Shown here piece by piece: positions 39,045 to 53,620 of a stretch of 64,000 bases of DNA. Within the stretch, counting starts at the first letter, position 1; every line of letters starts with the position of its first letter. The notes below the pieces were generated by a model. That model was not told the origin of the DNA and did not search any database. It saw only the letters and a list, made by a program, of their open reading frames with translations. The position numbers and the translations under genes were made by a program. The DNA comes from Chrysomallon squamiferum (taxonomy: Eukaryota; Animalia; Mollusca): assembly GCA_012295275.1 (NCBI GenBank), contig CM022677.1:14136001-14200000 (forward strand). The letters run 5' to 3'.

Positions 39045-40494
39045 ATATTACAAGAATTTTATTTCAAATATTTTAATTTACATTAAACCATTAAACCAAA
39101 TTTTTCCTCTGTACCTAGTGTTATCTTGAATACAACAAAGGTTAAAGAAGATTTATTTTAAGAAGTGTTTTATCTGTGTCAGTCACGCGGTCAGCAGATT
39201 GTTGGAGAGAGAAATATTTGATATCAGGTCTGTACTCTTATTAAATCACTGAATTGTCAGAAAATTAGTTACAACAGGGAAATTTTACTATTAGACATTC
39301 TGATTATTTTCTGTTGTCGCATAAGCCATATAGACACGAATATAACTTTCTGTTATAAATAGTAACATGTTCATGTGATAATTTTAGAACATGGAAGAGG
39401 GGGAAGAGATAACGGCTGCTTGACTACAACACACACACACACAGATATATACAAACATACATATATGCAGCAATAAATATAAAGATATGCGTGTATATGT
39501 TTGTGTGCGAATTCATAATAAAATCATACGCTCACACACATATACATACATGCATATATGCAAGAAAAAAATGATATTGTGTGTGTGTGAGTGCGCGTGC
39601 GTATTTGATTTAATATGAATTCTTAGGTTCAGTAAAGTAAATCGCTGTCAAGATATATGTATGATAAAAATCACAAACGCACTGATTTGACCCAAAGTGA
39701 AAAAAAACGTCGACTGCTAGCTTATGATTCTAATTTACCTTAGAAAATGAAAATAAATAAATAGACATAGATATATATTTTGTTTAAAAGCAGATCATTT
39801 GTTGAGAAATATTAATAATAATAATAATATCTGTACTAAAGCAAATGTGTTCATCACCAGATAAGAAAGGTGAGATAACGCAGAGGACTTTAGTCTTGTC
39901 AAAACAGATTAGTAGGTCTTGTTTCGCTCACTCGTGTTTTAATAACAAGTTAACAAACTGAACACAGATAACAAATAGTTCAAACTGTGATGGTAGAAAT
40001 AATCGAATTTACAATATATAATATAGTTAATTCAAATGCATCTAAATTTTATTAGATCAAAAATATAACTTTGGCAATTTCAGACGATTTACAGTTTTAT
40101 TACAATGAAATTAAAATTTACAGAACAATTTAGTTTTTACCTACAACCACAGCATTAGCATTTGTTTTATATTAGCAGTGGTATAAGTAACACTAATAGT
40201 AGTAGATATATTAGTAGTAGTAAGACTAGTAGTTATAACAGCAGTAGTAATATTCTTAGGGATATATTTTTATATTATATAATAGTGTGTGTCTGCGTTT
40301 GTATCTGTGTGTATGTGTGTATTTGTGTGCGTGTGTATGTATGTGTGTTTGTCTGCATATCCTGTGTTTATTCTGTGTGTATCTGTGTGTTTTGTAGGAC
40401 TTTTAATTGTCGTTGTCTTAATTTCTCTTAAGTAATTTCATTCAGCATATATGTATGATAATGTTGATGATGATGATAATAATACTAATAACAA

Positions 40495-40526
<32 letters not shown>

Positions 40527-40651
40527 GTTAACCCTTTTTAATTTTAAGTCCACCAGAAAAGCAGTATCTAACAATAAAGTTTTTTGATTGAAACTCAACC
40601 TTGCCAACATGAAAGACAAAAATCTAAACACATGCGGGCTATATGCTACAT

Positions 40652-40652
<1 letters not shown>

Positions 40653-40718
<66 letters not shown>

Positions 40719-40830
40719 TAATAATAATAATAATAATAACAATAATAATTAATAATTAATAATAATAATCATAATAATAATTAAAAAATAATATTAATAT
40801 TTAATAATAATAATAATAAAATAATAATTT
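40653..40830. repeat. (AAT)n microsatellite and degenerate flank
   Basis: Direct inspection. Confidence 0.9.
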
Positions 40831-41159
40831 GAAAAACATTCCATAGAATTCTCATAAAATCATACGTTTTCTATTGTAATTTTATTTATTTATTGTGTGT
40901 GTGTGTGTGTGAGTGTATGAAACGTCAGTTTGTACTGAGTTTATCTCTAGACAATCAATTTAAGTTAGCCAAGTAAACATTACTCTTGACACGACAGATT
41001 AGTAAGACATGTTATCACAGACACGTGTTTTAGTAATAAATTAATTATACACGAGTTGAACATACATAACTAAATATAAACAGAGTAAACAAATGTTAAT
41101 TTTTAAAAAAAATATGATCAAAAAGAAATTTGAATTTACAAGATTAGAAAGAGCAGTTG

Positions 41160-41620
41160 TTATTGTAATAGTTACAGTAGTAGTAGTAGCAGTTGTAGTA
41201 GTAAAGTTGTAGCAGCAGGCCTAGTATTAACTCGTGCAGTATTAGTAACACTGGTAACAGCGTGGTAGTAGTAGTAATAACAGTAATAATAGTAGTAATA
41301 ATACAAGTTTTGACAGTGGTAGTAGTCGTAGAATTAGAATTAGTTTTATCAAATATAGTAGTTTAAATAGTTTAGTGCTATCGGTATTAGTAGTGGCAGT
41401 AAAGCTGTAGCAGCAACAGTACTATTAGCAGTTGTAGTAAAAGTAGTATTAGTAGCATCGGTAATAATAACAGTTGTACTTGTAGCAGTTGTTGTTTGTT
41501 CTATTTGTAAAATATAACACACGTTAATAGCACGACAATGTAGCTGTTATTGTTTGTTCTGTCTGCAAAATTTACCAGAAATGTTGTAGTAGCTGTAATA
41601 TTACAGATAACAGTAGTTCT
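41160..41620. repeat. Degenerate (AGT/AGC)n low-complexity tract
   Basis: Direct inspection. Confidence 0.7.
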
Positions 41621-41977
41621 GGTAAGAAATTATATAAACACCCCACCGTTATTTAAACAAACCCGGACCTGCTGTTTTGTCTCATGTTAAAGAGAAAAGA
41701 TAAAAGTCTTGTGTTGATGAGTAATCTTTTTAATTGAAGTAATTATCAGTTTACTAAATAAGGCAAAGGTTTGAAAATGTCATACCTCACCTGAGTTTTA
41801 TCTCCATCACGAGATGGTCAAAGTTCACTTCAAGCGGGTATATTAGATCACGTATTTCTTTGTTTTTCTCATAGAACTGAAACCTGGTTTCCACGGTAAC
41901 ACAGCCTCGTTGTCATCGCTTCGCTAGAAAATATCCATCCTAGTAAGAACTCCATTTTATTTTATAAAAGTTGCATT

Positions 41978-42084
<107 letters not shown>

Positions 42085-42192
42085 TGAACGCATGTTGACG
42101 GAATACTTTCCAATTTTAGTTTTCTTGGATATGTGTAGTTTTATATTTTTATTTATTTATTTATTTATTTATTTATTATTATTATTATGATG

Positions 42193-42252
<60 letters not shown>

Positions 42253-42750
42253 TTGCTTTGTTGCTTTTATCAGTTTTAGTGTATTGAGATTTACCTCGTG
42301 ATAAATAAATCAATTTATTTCACGGCATCGATTATTAAGTTAATTAGGTGCAGATAAAAATGTCTGTAAACGTTGTATCTTTTCACATCTAATCAAACAC
42401 AGTACAGTTTTCTAATAGTCCAGGACTGAAACTGTAGTGGAATACAGAATTTTTTCCAGGTATTACATTTTTTTCATTTCTTAAGACAAAAGTAAGTCAA
42501 GTTATTACTGGTATTGATGTTGTTGTTGTTGTTATTCTTGTTGCTGTTTCTTTATACTGATGTCAGTTTTTAATGGGTTATCTGCTATTCTTTGTTATGT
42601 GTAAATATTTATTATTATTATTATTAATAATATTTAGTAACATTTTTCTTTCTCTCCATTTTCTTTATCTACTCTGAATCTTCCATGTTTATGTTGTTAT
42701 TATCATTATTATTGTCGCTGTTGTTGTTGTTGTTGTTATTATTCACAGAT

Positions 42751-43036
42751 ATGGCAACAGCTTCAAATTCCGATGATAATCTTTCGTGCTGCCTATGTAT
42801 GGAACTGTTCAAGAAGCCACGAATGTTATATTGTGGACATTCGTTCTGCACCAAATGCCTGCAGGACTATATAAGCCATAATTACGACAACAACGACATA
42901 CAAATCAGCTGCCCGTTCTGCAGGCAGGATGTCCACATCCCAGACAGCACGAAACCAGTGAATACATGGGCAGATCAATTTCCTGTTAACAAGTCACTAG
43001 TGGACGCTGCTAATGATCGGCTACAATCAAAGTATT
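42751..43036 (+). CDS. TRIM-like E3 ubiquitin ligase, coding exon 1 (C3HC4 RING finger)
   Basis: Acceptor CAG at 42746-42748, then ATG at 42751 (MATAS...); CCLC-x11-CGHSFCTKC...CPFCR; donor T|GTGAGT at 43037, phase 1. Confidence 0.9.
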
Positions 43037-43272
43037 GTGAGTCAGCAGTGTTATGTTTAGATTAGTTACAATAAAATATTAAAAAAAAAAAAAACATTTA
43101 GTGATTGTTCAACTAAAACTATTTATGTCGTGTATTAATCATCACAACCTAAAGAAATAGAGGACATTTTATTTATGACATTTTTCTACTCCGGTTTTTA
43201 AATTAGTTGATAAAATGAAGTATAAAACTTCACATTCTAGAGATATTTTGTTAATTTAAGTAGTCCTTTTGA

Positions 43273-43315
<43 letters not shown>

Positions 43316-43411
43316 GTAGTATTATTAGTAGTAGTAGTAGTAGTAGTAGTAGTATTAATTAATTAATTAACTAATTGACTGATCGATCATTTATTTATTT
43401 ATTTATTTAAG

Positions 43412-44760
43412 CTCAAAAGGGAGGTCACATTTCAATTCTGAGTTCTGTTTCTGAAAGTCTCAAAACCTTTAAAGAAATTCTTCAGACAGAGATGGATGAT
43501 ATGATTGAGCAACATCGCCAAGCCGTCGACATCAACATCGTTGACATTGCAGAAGAGGTCAGAAGGATTGGTAACACACTAATCACAGATTTTACTGCCG
43601 CAGTCCACAAAGAACAAGACAGGTTAATAAGAGAAATAGAAAAATCTCAGAACTTTGTAAACTCAGAAATAGACAAATTATTCAATCAACACAAACATCT
43701 GATTGAGGAAAACGAAAAAATGATAAAACTGGGGAAAGATTTGCTGACAAGAAAATCAGAGTCAGATATAAAAATTAAGATTTCAAAATTCACCAAACTT
43801 CAAAACACAACTTCCGAGTTTCTGTCCAAATCTCGTTCCCGAATAGAAAAAGCAAAGTTTAAAATAAATCTGATAAAATCTAATAAAAAGGCAGAAATGT
43901 CAGTCCACATTGGAGAATTATCCACAAACATCCAAACAGACACACTCAAACCCAAAGACACCATTAACACAAAAACACAAGAAGATAAAGAAAATCCTTG
44001 TCTGTTTTCTATGCTGCTGTCAGGTGCAGACAAAAGTAAAATTGTTGTTAGTGATAGCAGCAATGAATGTGTAAAATGTTTTTGTTTAGAAACAAAATCA
44101 CTGATAAACAAACACGTAACTTCCTCTCAACCATGGGGTCTTGCTGAATCACGTGATCAGGAGGGTGATGTTGTTGTTGTTGTTGCTCTGCCATATAAAA
44201 AGCAAATATTATTTTTAAATTTGAAAACGTTCAAACTGATCAAAACAATTACGATTGATAAACAGTATCGGTATGTCGCTGTGTTACCTGGCAACCGTCT
44301 CGCGGTCACTGAGTTCTTCGGTCAGTGCTTGGACATTCTGACAGACAGTGGCCAGCTCATTAAATCTATCTCAACAGATTTGATACCCAGACCGTCATAT
44401 CTCACAGTTCACGATCAATGTCTGATTGTTGTGTCAAATGTAAACAGTTTAGTTTGTGTGACGTCATCAGGTGACGTTAAATGGGAATCACGTGATTCAG
44501 ACAAACTGAGAGACCTGACAGGTGTTACATGTGACAGGGAGGGAAATATTTTTGTCTGTGATTTTGATAGAGATTGTGTTGTTCAGTTGTCACGAGATGG
44601 TAACATTACAAGTGACATCTTCACTGACAAGGATGGACTGTCCGAACCTTTGTCTGTCTGTTGCGATGACAACAAAATGTACGTGGGACAGCGCAACACT
44701 GGGCAAATAAAAATATTTACATGGTGTAAAAAGGTAAATTCAACCTGTCTGCTCAGTTAG
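43412..44760 (+). CDS. TRIM-like protein, coding exon 2 (coiled coil + NHL-like six-bladed beta-propeller); spliced product 544 aa
   Basis: AG acceptor at 43410-43411 keeps phase 1 in frame with the 422-aa ORF; helical heptad region, then KIVVSDSSN, PWGLA, RYVAV, PSYLTV, LTGVTCDREGNIFVCD and PLSVCCDDNKMYVG (NHL-type blades). Confidence 0.88.
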
Positions 44761-44833
44761 GTTCACTTTAACTGTTTTGAAGTTGAAAGTCAACAGACAT
44801 TTCTTTCTTTACACGAATGTATCCGAGTTGATA

Positions 44834-44839
44834 AATAAA
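44834..44839 (+). terminator. Candidate polyadenylation signal of the TRIM-like gene
   Basis: First AATAAA ~75 bp after the stop; an alternative lies near 45224. Confidence 0.45.
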
Positions 44840-45038
44840 CAGAATACTAGTTATATTATTTATTTACTAATTAATTTAGTTATTTTGTTTATTTTGATCT
44901 TTTTTATTAAATATATTAATTAATTAATTATTATTTTTTTAATTATTACTATTAGTCTCGTTCAAAAATTCTGAATTCCAAGATAAATTTCAAAACAAAA
45001 TCTGATTTACTTTTAAAATGTTCACCGTTTTGTCATTT

Positions 45039-45145
<107 letters not shown>

Positions 45146-45543
45146 ATTCTATTATTTTGTAGTTTATTTCACAGTAAGTTATGGTTCTTAAAATATATGT
45201 ATACATACTCCAGTGTAATTAAAATAAAACTGAAATAAATATTTATATGATAAAAATAAAATTCTTCTTTCATTATTTCTTTTAAATTATAAAGCTATTT
45301 TACATTGTTTGTTAATATATGTCTGTCTGTCTGTGAAATGTAATTAATGTGTATACCATTTAGTACAAAGTAGTTATCTTGTTATAAATTTATTATTAAT
45401 AGCTAATACAGATTATTGTTGTTGTTTTTTTGGTGTGGAGATTCCATGCGTAGCCTACTCAACTATTCTACTTCATTCTCTTCCTTTTATTCTGCCTGAC
45501 ATACGTTTTTAAAATCAAAACATGAAAGAAACGGAATCGAAGA

Positions 45544-45628
<85 letters not shown>

Positions 45629-46682
45629 CACACATACACTCACACACTCTCATTCAAACACATACACACACACACACACATACACACACATCCAATAAAA
45701 ATGAAATAGGAGAAACAACCGCACGAACGAAAAGTGAAAATATAAAAACATAAATAAAAAAGATGACTAAATATGAAACTGGAGACCTCACTGGAGATCT
45801 ACAGACGTTTTAAATTCGAGTTTTAAATGGGGGTCATGTTTTGTCTTTATTTAATGAGTACGTTGAAGTTAGTTTCACATGTTTACTACTATTTCTATTA
45901 ATGACGCCGTCGTTGCCTTTGTAACGACGTTGTTCCTAGTTTTATTCGAGTACTTCTCATTAGTCTTCAGCGCTTTTTATTAATTATTACTCATATTTTC
46001 TGAGCGGGTACATCACATATTAAAATAAATTATTGTAATTTTTATTGATGTGGACGTCGTTGCCCCTAACGTTATTGGTTTACTCCTCCTTATTCCTTTT
46101 CGTTTTTTTTTTTTTTTTATAAATAATTATGCCTATTCGCTGGGTTCCTTCATTATTCACGCGTCATTATTCACTGGGTTTATCTTCTCTGTGACTTCTG
46201 ATGTTCCATGCAAGGTGTGTCAGCCAAAGGGACGCAACTTGAGGTTTGTCTGCTTCAGCTTTTCGTTTCAGTTTTGGTTCACTGTTATTTGAGTTTTGGC
46301 TGTAGCTTGTAATAAACAACTTGTTCAGTCTTCACAGTTTATGTTAAAAACAATAATAAAGAACACAACAAATTCAAAACACACTTTTGATATTTTTGTT
46401 TACAAATAACTGCCAGTTCACAGCAACAAGGTAAGGCTATGAGTATCACAGCCAATATTCAAGTGTAAAAAGCAAATACAAGAAATCGTGAAACAAAAAA
46501 TTGCAAAAAGAAAAGAAAAAAATTATGGCTAGTGTTAATGGCTTATAGATAATATGAATTATATTTGACAAACAACTAAAAAAAAATAATAAAAAATATG
46601 GTTTGTTAAATGATTATAAAAATATGTAACACACATTTCAAAATCATTGGTGATAAATAATAATGAAATAGTGAAACATATG

Positions 46683-46754
46683 TACAACCTGTGTCATGTG
46701 ACAGCATCACCAGGCAGATTAATACTGTGATACTGTCACATGACACAGATTGTA
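46683..46754. repeat. 72-nt palindrome (28-bp arms, 16-nt loop)
   Basis: TACAACCTGTGTCATGTGACAGCATCAC / GTGATACTGTCACATGACACAGATTGTA, 26/28 paired. Confidence 0.85.
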
Positions 46755-49240
46755 TAAGTTGTATTGTTTATTATTACTTTACCTGGAGATGGTGGCTCCC
46801 CCTGTCTGCCTATTTTTTGTAAGTATCTGGATTTACAAAAATTATTTTAAATAAATAAATAAATTATAATAAATAAATAAATAAATTTATATTAAAAAAT
46901 AATTTAAAAAAAAAGAAGAAAACAGAACAATCTAAATATGAATTATAGAACAATGAGAACAAAATATGTTGATGAAAACTGATACGTTTCAAATTTAATT
47001 ACTAATAATAATAATAATAATAATTCAAGAAAGAAAATCAAAATCAAAATAGAATATTACATGTATACAAAAAAATTAGATATTGACCAGTTTTTACATT
47101 ATAAATTACTATTCTCCATGGCTCCAGCTTAGTTCTCCCAGGTTTATATGCTTACGGTATTGGTGTAATCCTAACTCTAATCCTAACCCTAATCCTAATA
47201 ATGCTTTATAGCATCTTTAATTTATTGTAACAATTAACCACTTATTAAGTTTATCAACAAATTTTCCATGAAAATTAATTAAATGCTCTAGATAGTGTTT
47301 TGACTGTACATGTATGTAATAATACATAAAGCTTAAACACTTAAATCTGAGAATAACAGATTTCAATATTTCTGGTCCATTAAATTTAGCAATGGCTTAA
47401 TTTAGATTAATAATAATAATTAGCAGGGCTTTAAAAATAAGAAAATTAATAAACAAGTAGCAAGCTAAATTAACCTGCAAATAAAGATTTATAATAAAAT
47501 TTACCAGAAAAGATAATAACAAAATGGTGATTTCTAACTACATTATTAATATTATTTTGATGCATGTTTCAATATGGTATACATTCTGAAAATTCTGCTT
47601 ACATTCATGTGTGCACTTTGTTAAAAAATTCAAAAACTGAAATATTTAGAATTATATTTTATATTATAATTATTAAAAACAATAAATTACTAATCTGACA
47701 TATTAAAAGAATAACTTTAATTCATGGATTTCAAAAAAGGTTTATTTTTATTTTTATTTTATTATTATTATTTGTTTTGTTTTTTAAAGTTCTACAGTCA
47801 CTATTTTTGATAAGTGATGAAAATTCTGTAAATAAGCAAAGTGAGAATTAAGTGAAAAGCAAAAAGGTTTTTAGATAAGATAATAATAATAATAAAGATA
47901 ATAATGCTACACATTTTTTTTAAAAACCTCCAAGAACTGATTAAATTTAAAAAAGTAAAGTTAATACAGATGACAGAATAATGAAAACAAGTGTGGTTGA
48001 CTAAATGAAGAAATGATAAATATGTTTTAAACTAATGGATGATAAAATTAGTTAATTTTACTTATAAAAATTGAACTTAATGAATATGTGTGATGCTGTA
48101 ATTTATATATTCCATGTTGACTGGTACCAGCATTTCCTAATAATAAAGAATAACAATATTTTAACAGGCTTGTATATAAAGGATGACATACCCAATATTT
48201 TATTTTATTTTTTATTTTAATTTATCTATATATCACAAAATATCAGAAATGTAAACCAAAACCTCACAGACTGAGTAAATTAGTGTATAATGCTGGCATA
48301 CTCAGTCTGTTAAAGCCGTTTGTATGGAGGAATGATGTTAATGATGGAAAAATAAATATAGAGATGAAAGAATAACAAATAAATAAATAAAATAATAATA
48401 AAAATATAAGAAGAATTAAAAAAATCATAAGATAAAGAAAATATAATGATTGTGGACACCAGAAACAAGAATAAAACAATGCTAATGGAAATATGGAAAT
48501 AATGAAGTATTCTAAGTTATCATGCACTCTAACCACTGAGCCAGTCTATCCATCACTTAACTATAAGATTAACACAGTTGATTAAGTGAATACTCTCGGA
48601 GTAGAGTTTGATTTGTTTAGTTCTGAATCTCGACTCAGTTTTGTGAAAGCTAATGAGTACTTGGTTTTCGTGACATTTGACTTCCATTACCATAGCGAGA
48701 TGCTGAATTAACATTAATAAAAATAATAATAAACCCTGCAATGTAAGCTGTCTGATGAAATAAATCTTCATAAGATTTAACTGAGGAGCACTCATTTAAA
48801 ATTAACTTTCTTTATTGAGAGCTTCTGAAATACTGACATTATATAAGGATCTTCAAAAAACCTGAAAGCTTCCATTTTAAATAATAAAAATATATTTACA
48901 TAGGTAAAAGCATTCATCAGTCTGTACACTAAAACTGAATATTACAAATATAAATTTTTCCAGTACAATAACAAATTTCATAAATTCATATAATAAAAGA
49001 TATAATACAATTTTTGGCTTGCAATGTACATTTTTTTAACATAAAATCCTGAACCATAACTAAAAACTCTCACAAAACTTACTTTCTGTTTCCTAACCAT
49101 TCAGAAGATGTCAGTTTTATCAAGTGGAAATAGTTGATGGTAGAATGTTTTGATGAGGTGTAGATTGCATAAAGAATTAGCTATTCCTAACCCATCTTTC
49201 AAACAAATAAATAACAATGAGGCAATACATATTTAATAAC

Positions 49241-49301
<61 letters not shown>

Positions 49302-50639
49302 GTAACAAAAAGCCTGACCTAATAATAAAATACGAATTTGTCCATTATGAAACATAAAATTTAAAAACAACAAATCTGTCACTATTAACATTCATAAAGT
49401 TAATGCTAAATTTTAAAGTTACCATCTGATGTATTATTTTATTTACAAAAATTACTAAACTAACCCATGAAATTTGAGAGATTGCCGACAACTGAAACCA
49501 TAGACAACAGCTACAGTACATCCATCTCCAGTGTATTTTAGTGTGTCTGTCATCACAGGAACAGTGACACTGTGTGAAAGCTGACAGTTCCATCTGGTTA
49601 CAGGAAAGTTAAACATTTTAAAATACTCATAAAATATGATGCTTTTTCTTCTTTTGTTTTAACATATAGAAATTTACCACAAAATAATCACATTTTTCAA
49701 TTCTTTAACCTAAAAGATAACGGATTTGGTTTTTTGCCTAGCTTGTCCCTTGATTCTGTCTGCCAAATCAACAAAATGCCTCATGGTTACAGGTTCTTGT
49801 TTTACAGAATGATCTGGCAACACACGTCTAGTGGCAAAGTTCAAAGTTGCCAAATAAAACAAGTCCCTTTTTTTCTTATAAAAGCCTGGAGATTCTTTTG
49901 TTAGGAGAGAATTGTGGAACCATCACTGTCCCCTAAACACACCTGGTAACTAGTTATTTATATATTTGCTGGTTTCATTGTATTAACCCATATGTGATTG
50001 ATGTGACAGATGACAATATTTCTATTTGATCTATCTTAGTCTTTACTACTGAATGTTCAACGTTAGTGCGAATACAGTTTTTAAAAGTGCTTGTGTTTGT
50101 TCTGTTCTAGTGTTATAATATATAGCATACTGATACTGACCACTAGAGCAAACCAACTCAGGTAGCACCTCCCTGAGACAGATACACATTTACAACTTAG
50201 GGGAATTCCCATGGCACCATGTAAAGCATTATAATGATAATGTTAATACTAATAATAACAATCATAATTAACAAAACAGCAAATAACTGATTATTATTAC
50301 ACTGTTTTATTGTTAATTAAGAATTTTCTCAAAGACATAAAATAAAATAAACTCACAATTCAGAATGCATGAGAATGGTTTCTTTAACAGCTGATTCATC
50401 CTTTTCCATGATGTAAGTTACCTTTCTAGACAGCACCTCAGTAAATATTGACCTACAGAAAATATTTAATATCAGTAGTAAGTATAAAGTTTATTAATTT
50501 TAATAAAAACATGATATTTTTTTATCAGTCTACATTTGTTCGACAAACACATTTTTCTGCTTATTATCATTTGTTCATATTTCAGTTATTTTTATTTATG
50601 GATTAAATTAGCCAAGACACAGGTACACACACATACAGC

Positions 50640-50675
<36 letters not shown>

Positions 50676-50966
50676 CACACATATATATATATATATATAT
50701 ACACTCTCTCTCTCACACAGGCATATATATATACTCTCTCTCACACACACATATATATATATATACACACACTCTCTCTCTCTCTCTCATTGACTTTGTA
50801 AAGTAATCAGTATCTCTAGGTAAAGATTTAAGGCAACTAAGTAAACTTTAGTTTTGACAAAACAGATTAGTTGTGTGTTATCACTAACAATAACAAGCTC
50901 AAAAGACAGGACAAAAATTTCAAACACGATTTGTAGAAATTCTAATTTTCAGTATACAATCTAGTG

Positions 50967-51006
<40 letters not shown>

Positions 51007-52419
51007 CTAAAACATACCCTGGCACTGTTGAGAGATTTCTGAAAACATTCTAACACAGACCTGACACATCTCTTGATACCAGACTGTTGATAAGATGTTG
51101 CATCATCTGGAAAATAACATAATAATTATAAAATAATAATATTTTTTTAACGAATTTTAATCATAGACGATGATAACAATTAATATCAATAATAACCTTA
51201 ACAACAACAATAGTAGTAGTAATAGTAGTAATAATACATTAATAGTAAAAATAGGAATAATAACACAACAATAACAGTAATAATAATTTACTATATACAT
51301 TTTGAAAATGATTTTCATCTATTACTGATTATAATATTTGTTAATGAGAAAAAGAAGGAATGAATGTTTTATTCAACAACATGTATATAGCATTTATTTT
51401 TGTTTTATGAAGGAATGTGGTAACTATACTGTAGAAAAAAGTGTCATGACGGGAAACACTAATTTCTTCATTTTCAAAGCATTTATTTTTTCTATTTTTG
51501 ATGAATAATTATAAGTTTTATATAAAGTCTGAAACTTGAGGTAATTCAAACAAAATGACAATGCACATAATAATTAGAATATATATTTTGAAATATTTGA
51601 AATTTATAAAGAATTTTCTTCAAATGCTTTCTGCAAAATCCATGCCGGCGGTGAATTTAATTTGGCCTGGCAAACATCAAAAATAAATGTTAATAATGAT
51701 ATGAAGAAGAAAATGAAAAACAGTAATAATGATTTTAAAAATAATAATAATAAAAATTAAAGCTCGTAATAGTAGTAATAATAATAATAATAAAAAGAAG
51801 ATGAAGAAAAAGAAAAAAAACATTCCGTGGTAAGAATTTCAGCCAGGACGTGACGTTCTCTCTCTTTTAAAATTCGCGCGAATCTCCGAATCGGAGTCGC
51901 GCAAAATTCGCGCAAAATAAAACATCCGAATCCATTTGGATTTGCATCATACATTTCAAAAATTCTATTAAACTGAATAATCAACAGTAAAACATTACCA
52001 AATTAAAAGCAAAAAAGTGTATTATCCATAGGAATCTGTGTATGTTCAAAACATCGTGGTTTATCGAGACTAGTCTGGCCTGAGGCCTAGCGGTGGTTGA
52101 CCCATTTCTATGAACCAAATTACCAAGAAACAGAACCGAAAGGAACATGTTTGTTTTACCGCATCTAAATTTTCGGAAGGCGAACTTCCTCGATCCCCAT
52201 ATGCAGAGACTTGTCCTAACCTTCCGTCAGTTGATCTTCCGCTATCTTTAATATCACAACAATCATGACGTTGATCGAGGTATAACACAGTTGTGGCTAA
52301 ACACCTTTCAAACAATCAGAGGCTGAGAACTGTCACAGGATCAGTATACGTACACTTCCCCTACAGAGTAATATAAGAAATTGTTATAATTCATATAATT
52401 TAAAAAAAAAAAAAAAAAT

Positions 52420-52832
52420 AGTCTTTGTGTGTTTTTATTTTTATTATGTATATATTGATCAAAATCTGTTTTTGTTGTCTGTCAACCAGCAAAAGATAAT
52501 CTATATATATACACACACACACACATTATTACACATCTTGTTCGAGTTTATGAAAACAAACATTAAAAGCACTAGAATCAAAAATCAAAAATATCCCACA
52601 TCCCTTTGTGTGAATAATCCAGTAATTGATAACAGTAAAATTTAAATAATAACAGAAACATTAGTTATTTATTTTTAACAGTTTATTATTTTTATTATTT
52701 TATTTGTATTTTTATTTTCAGAATACACATACAGCTCTAATTGATGTGCTGATGTTGGCTAGTGAAGTTGTTTCAGTACAAGGTGCTGTCCAGCACTGAG
52801 GATAAAGTTTGCTGCCACTGGAATTATTCTAA

Positions 52833-52872
<40 letters not shown>

Positions 52873-53559
52873 TCAGTCTTTTTTGTCTATTGACAAACAC
52901 GTAATACAGAGTTATTTCCCTTAGAACATTAATGCATATGCATTGTCGAGCTAAATTCGGTTTACTACATTTAGATGAAATCGGCTAATTCTATAAATGT
53001 TTTAGAGCTAAATATTCTAATACGATAAATTAAATTCAACAGTTAATAAAGAGCCAATTTTCATTATTTGTTGCTTTATCTGATTTCTTATTATAACTTA
53101 ATTAATTATTGAAAAATTCCTATTTCGCTTAAAACATTTAATTGTTATTTTATTTCTTTTTCGATTTGTCTCTTCAGTAAAAACAATGAATTTGTATACA
53201 ACATTTACACTATAAATCTCGAGCAGTCACGATCACTCTGGGTTTCTTCGTGTGATATCTGCTTTGGTTTTGTATAATATAAATAAGTGAATAGTTCTTA
53301 TTTAAAACTGTCATTTTTTATTCAGTAGTAAACGTGGAATAAAAACTTATTTGTAGAAAACCCAACGTGTCACGCGAGTCTCAATTACGTCATTAGTTTT
53401 ACACACTACGATGTAAAACAAGTTTCTAAGGCGGAGACAATGTTCAATCCTTTTTTAAAAATAAAATAAACTATACAGGAAAAGCTGAAGATGTTGAAGT
53501 GAATATAAACTACTCTGCTGGATAAGCTTAATGGTTATTGTTTTCTTTTTCTTTTTTTA

Positions 53560-53620
<61 letters not shown>

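Larger units (their letters stand above)
28332..41049 (+). repeat. Copy 2 of the ~13-kb direct duplication
   Basis: Colinear with 14687-28131, with SNPs and several indels. Confidence 0.95.

Noticed and set aside
42685-42750. Apparent signal peptide (MFMLLLSLLL...) on the RING ORF
   Set aside because: It is an intronic (TTG/TTA)n tract ahead of the acceptor at 42746-42748; the real start is MATAS at 42751
49465-49593. Minus-strand exon-like, Cys-rich segment (QCHCSCDD...), possibly an EGF-like relic
   Set aside because: Splice-like ends exist, but no single frame gives a coherent domain pattern
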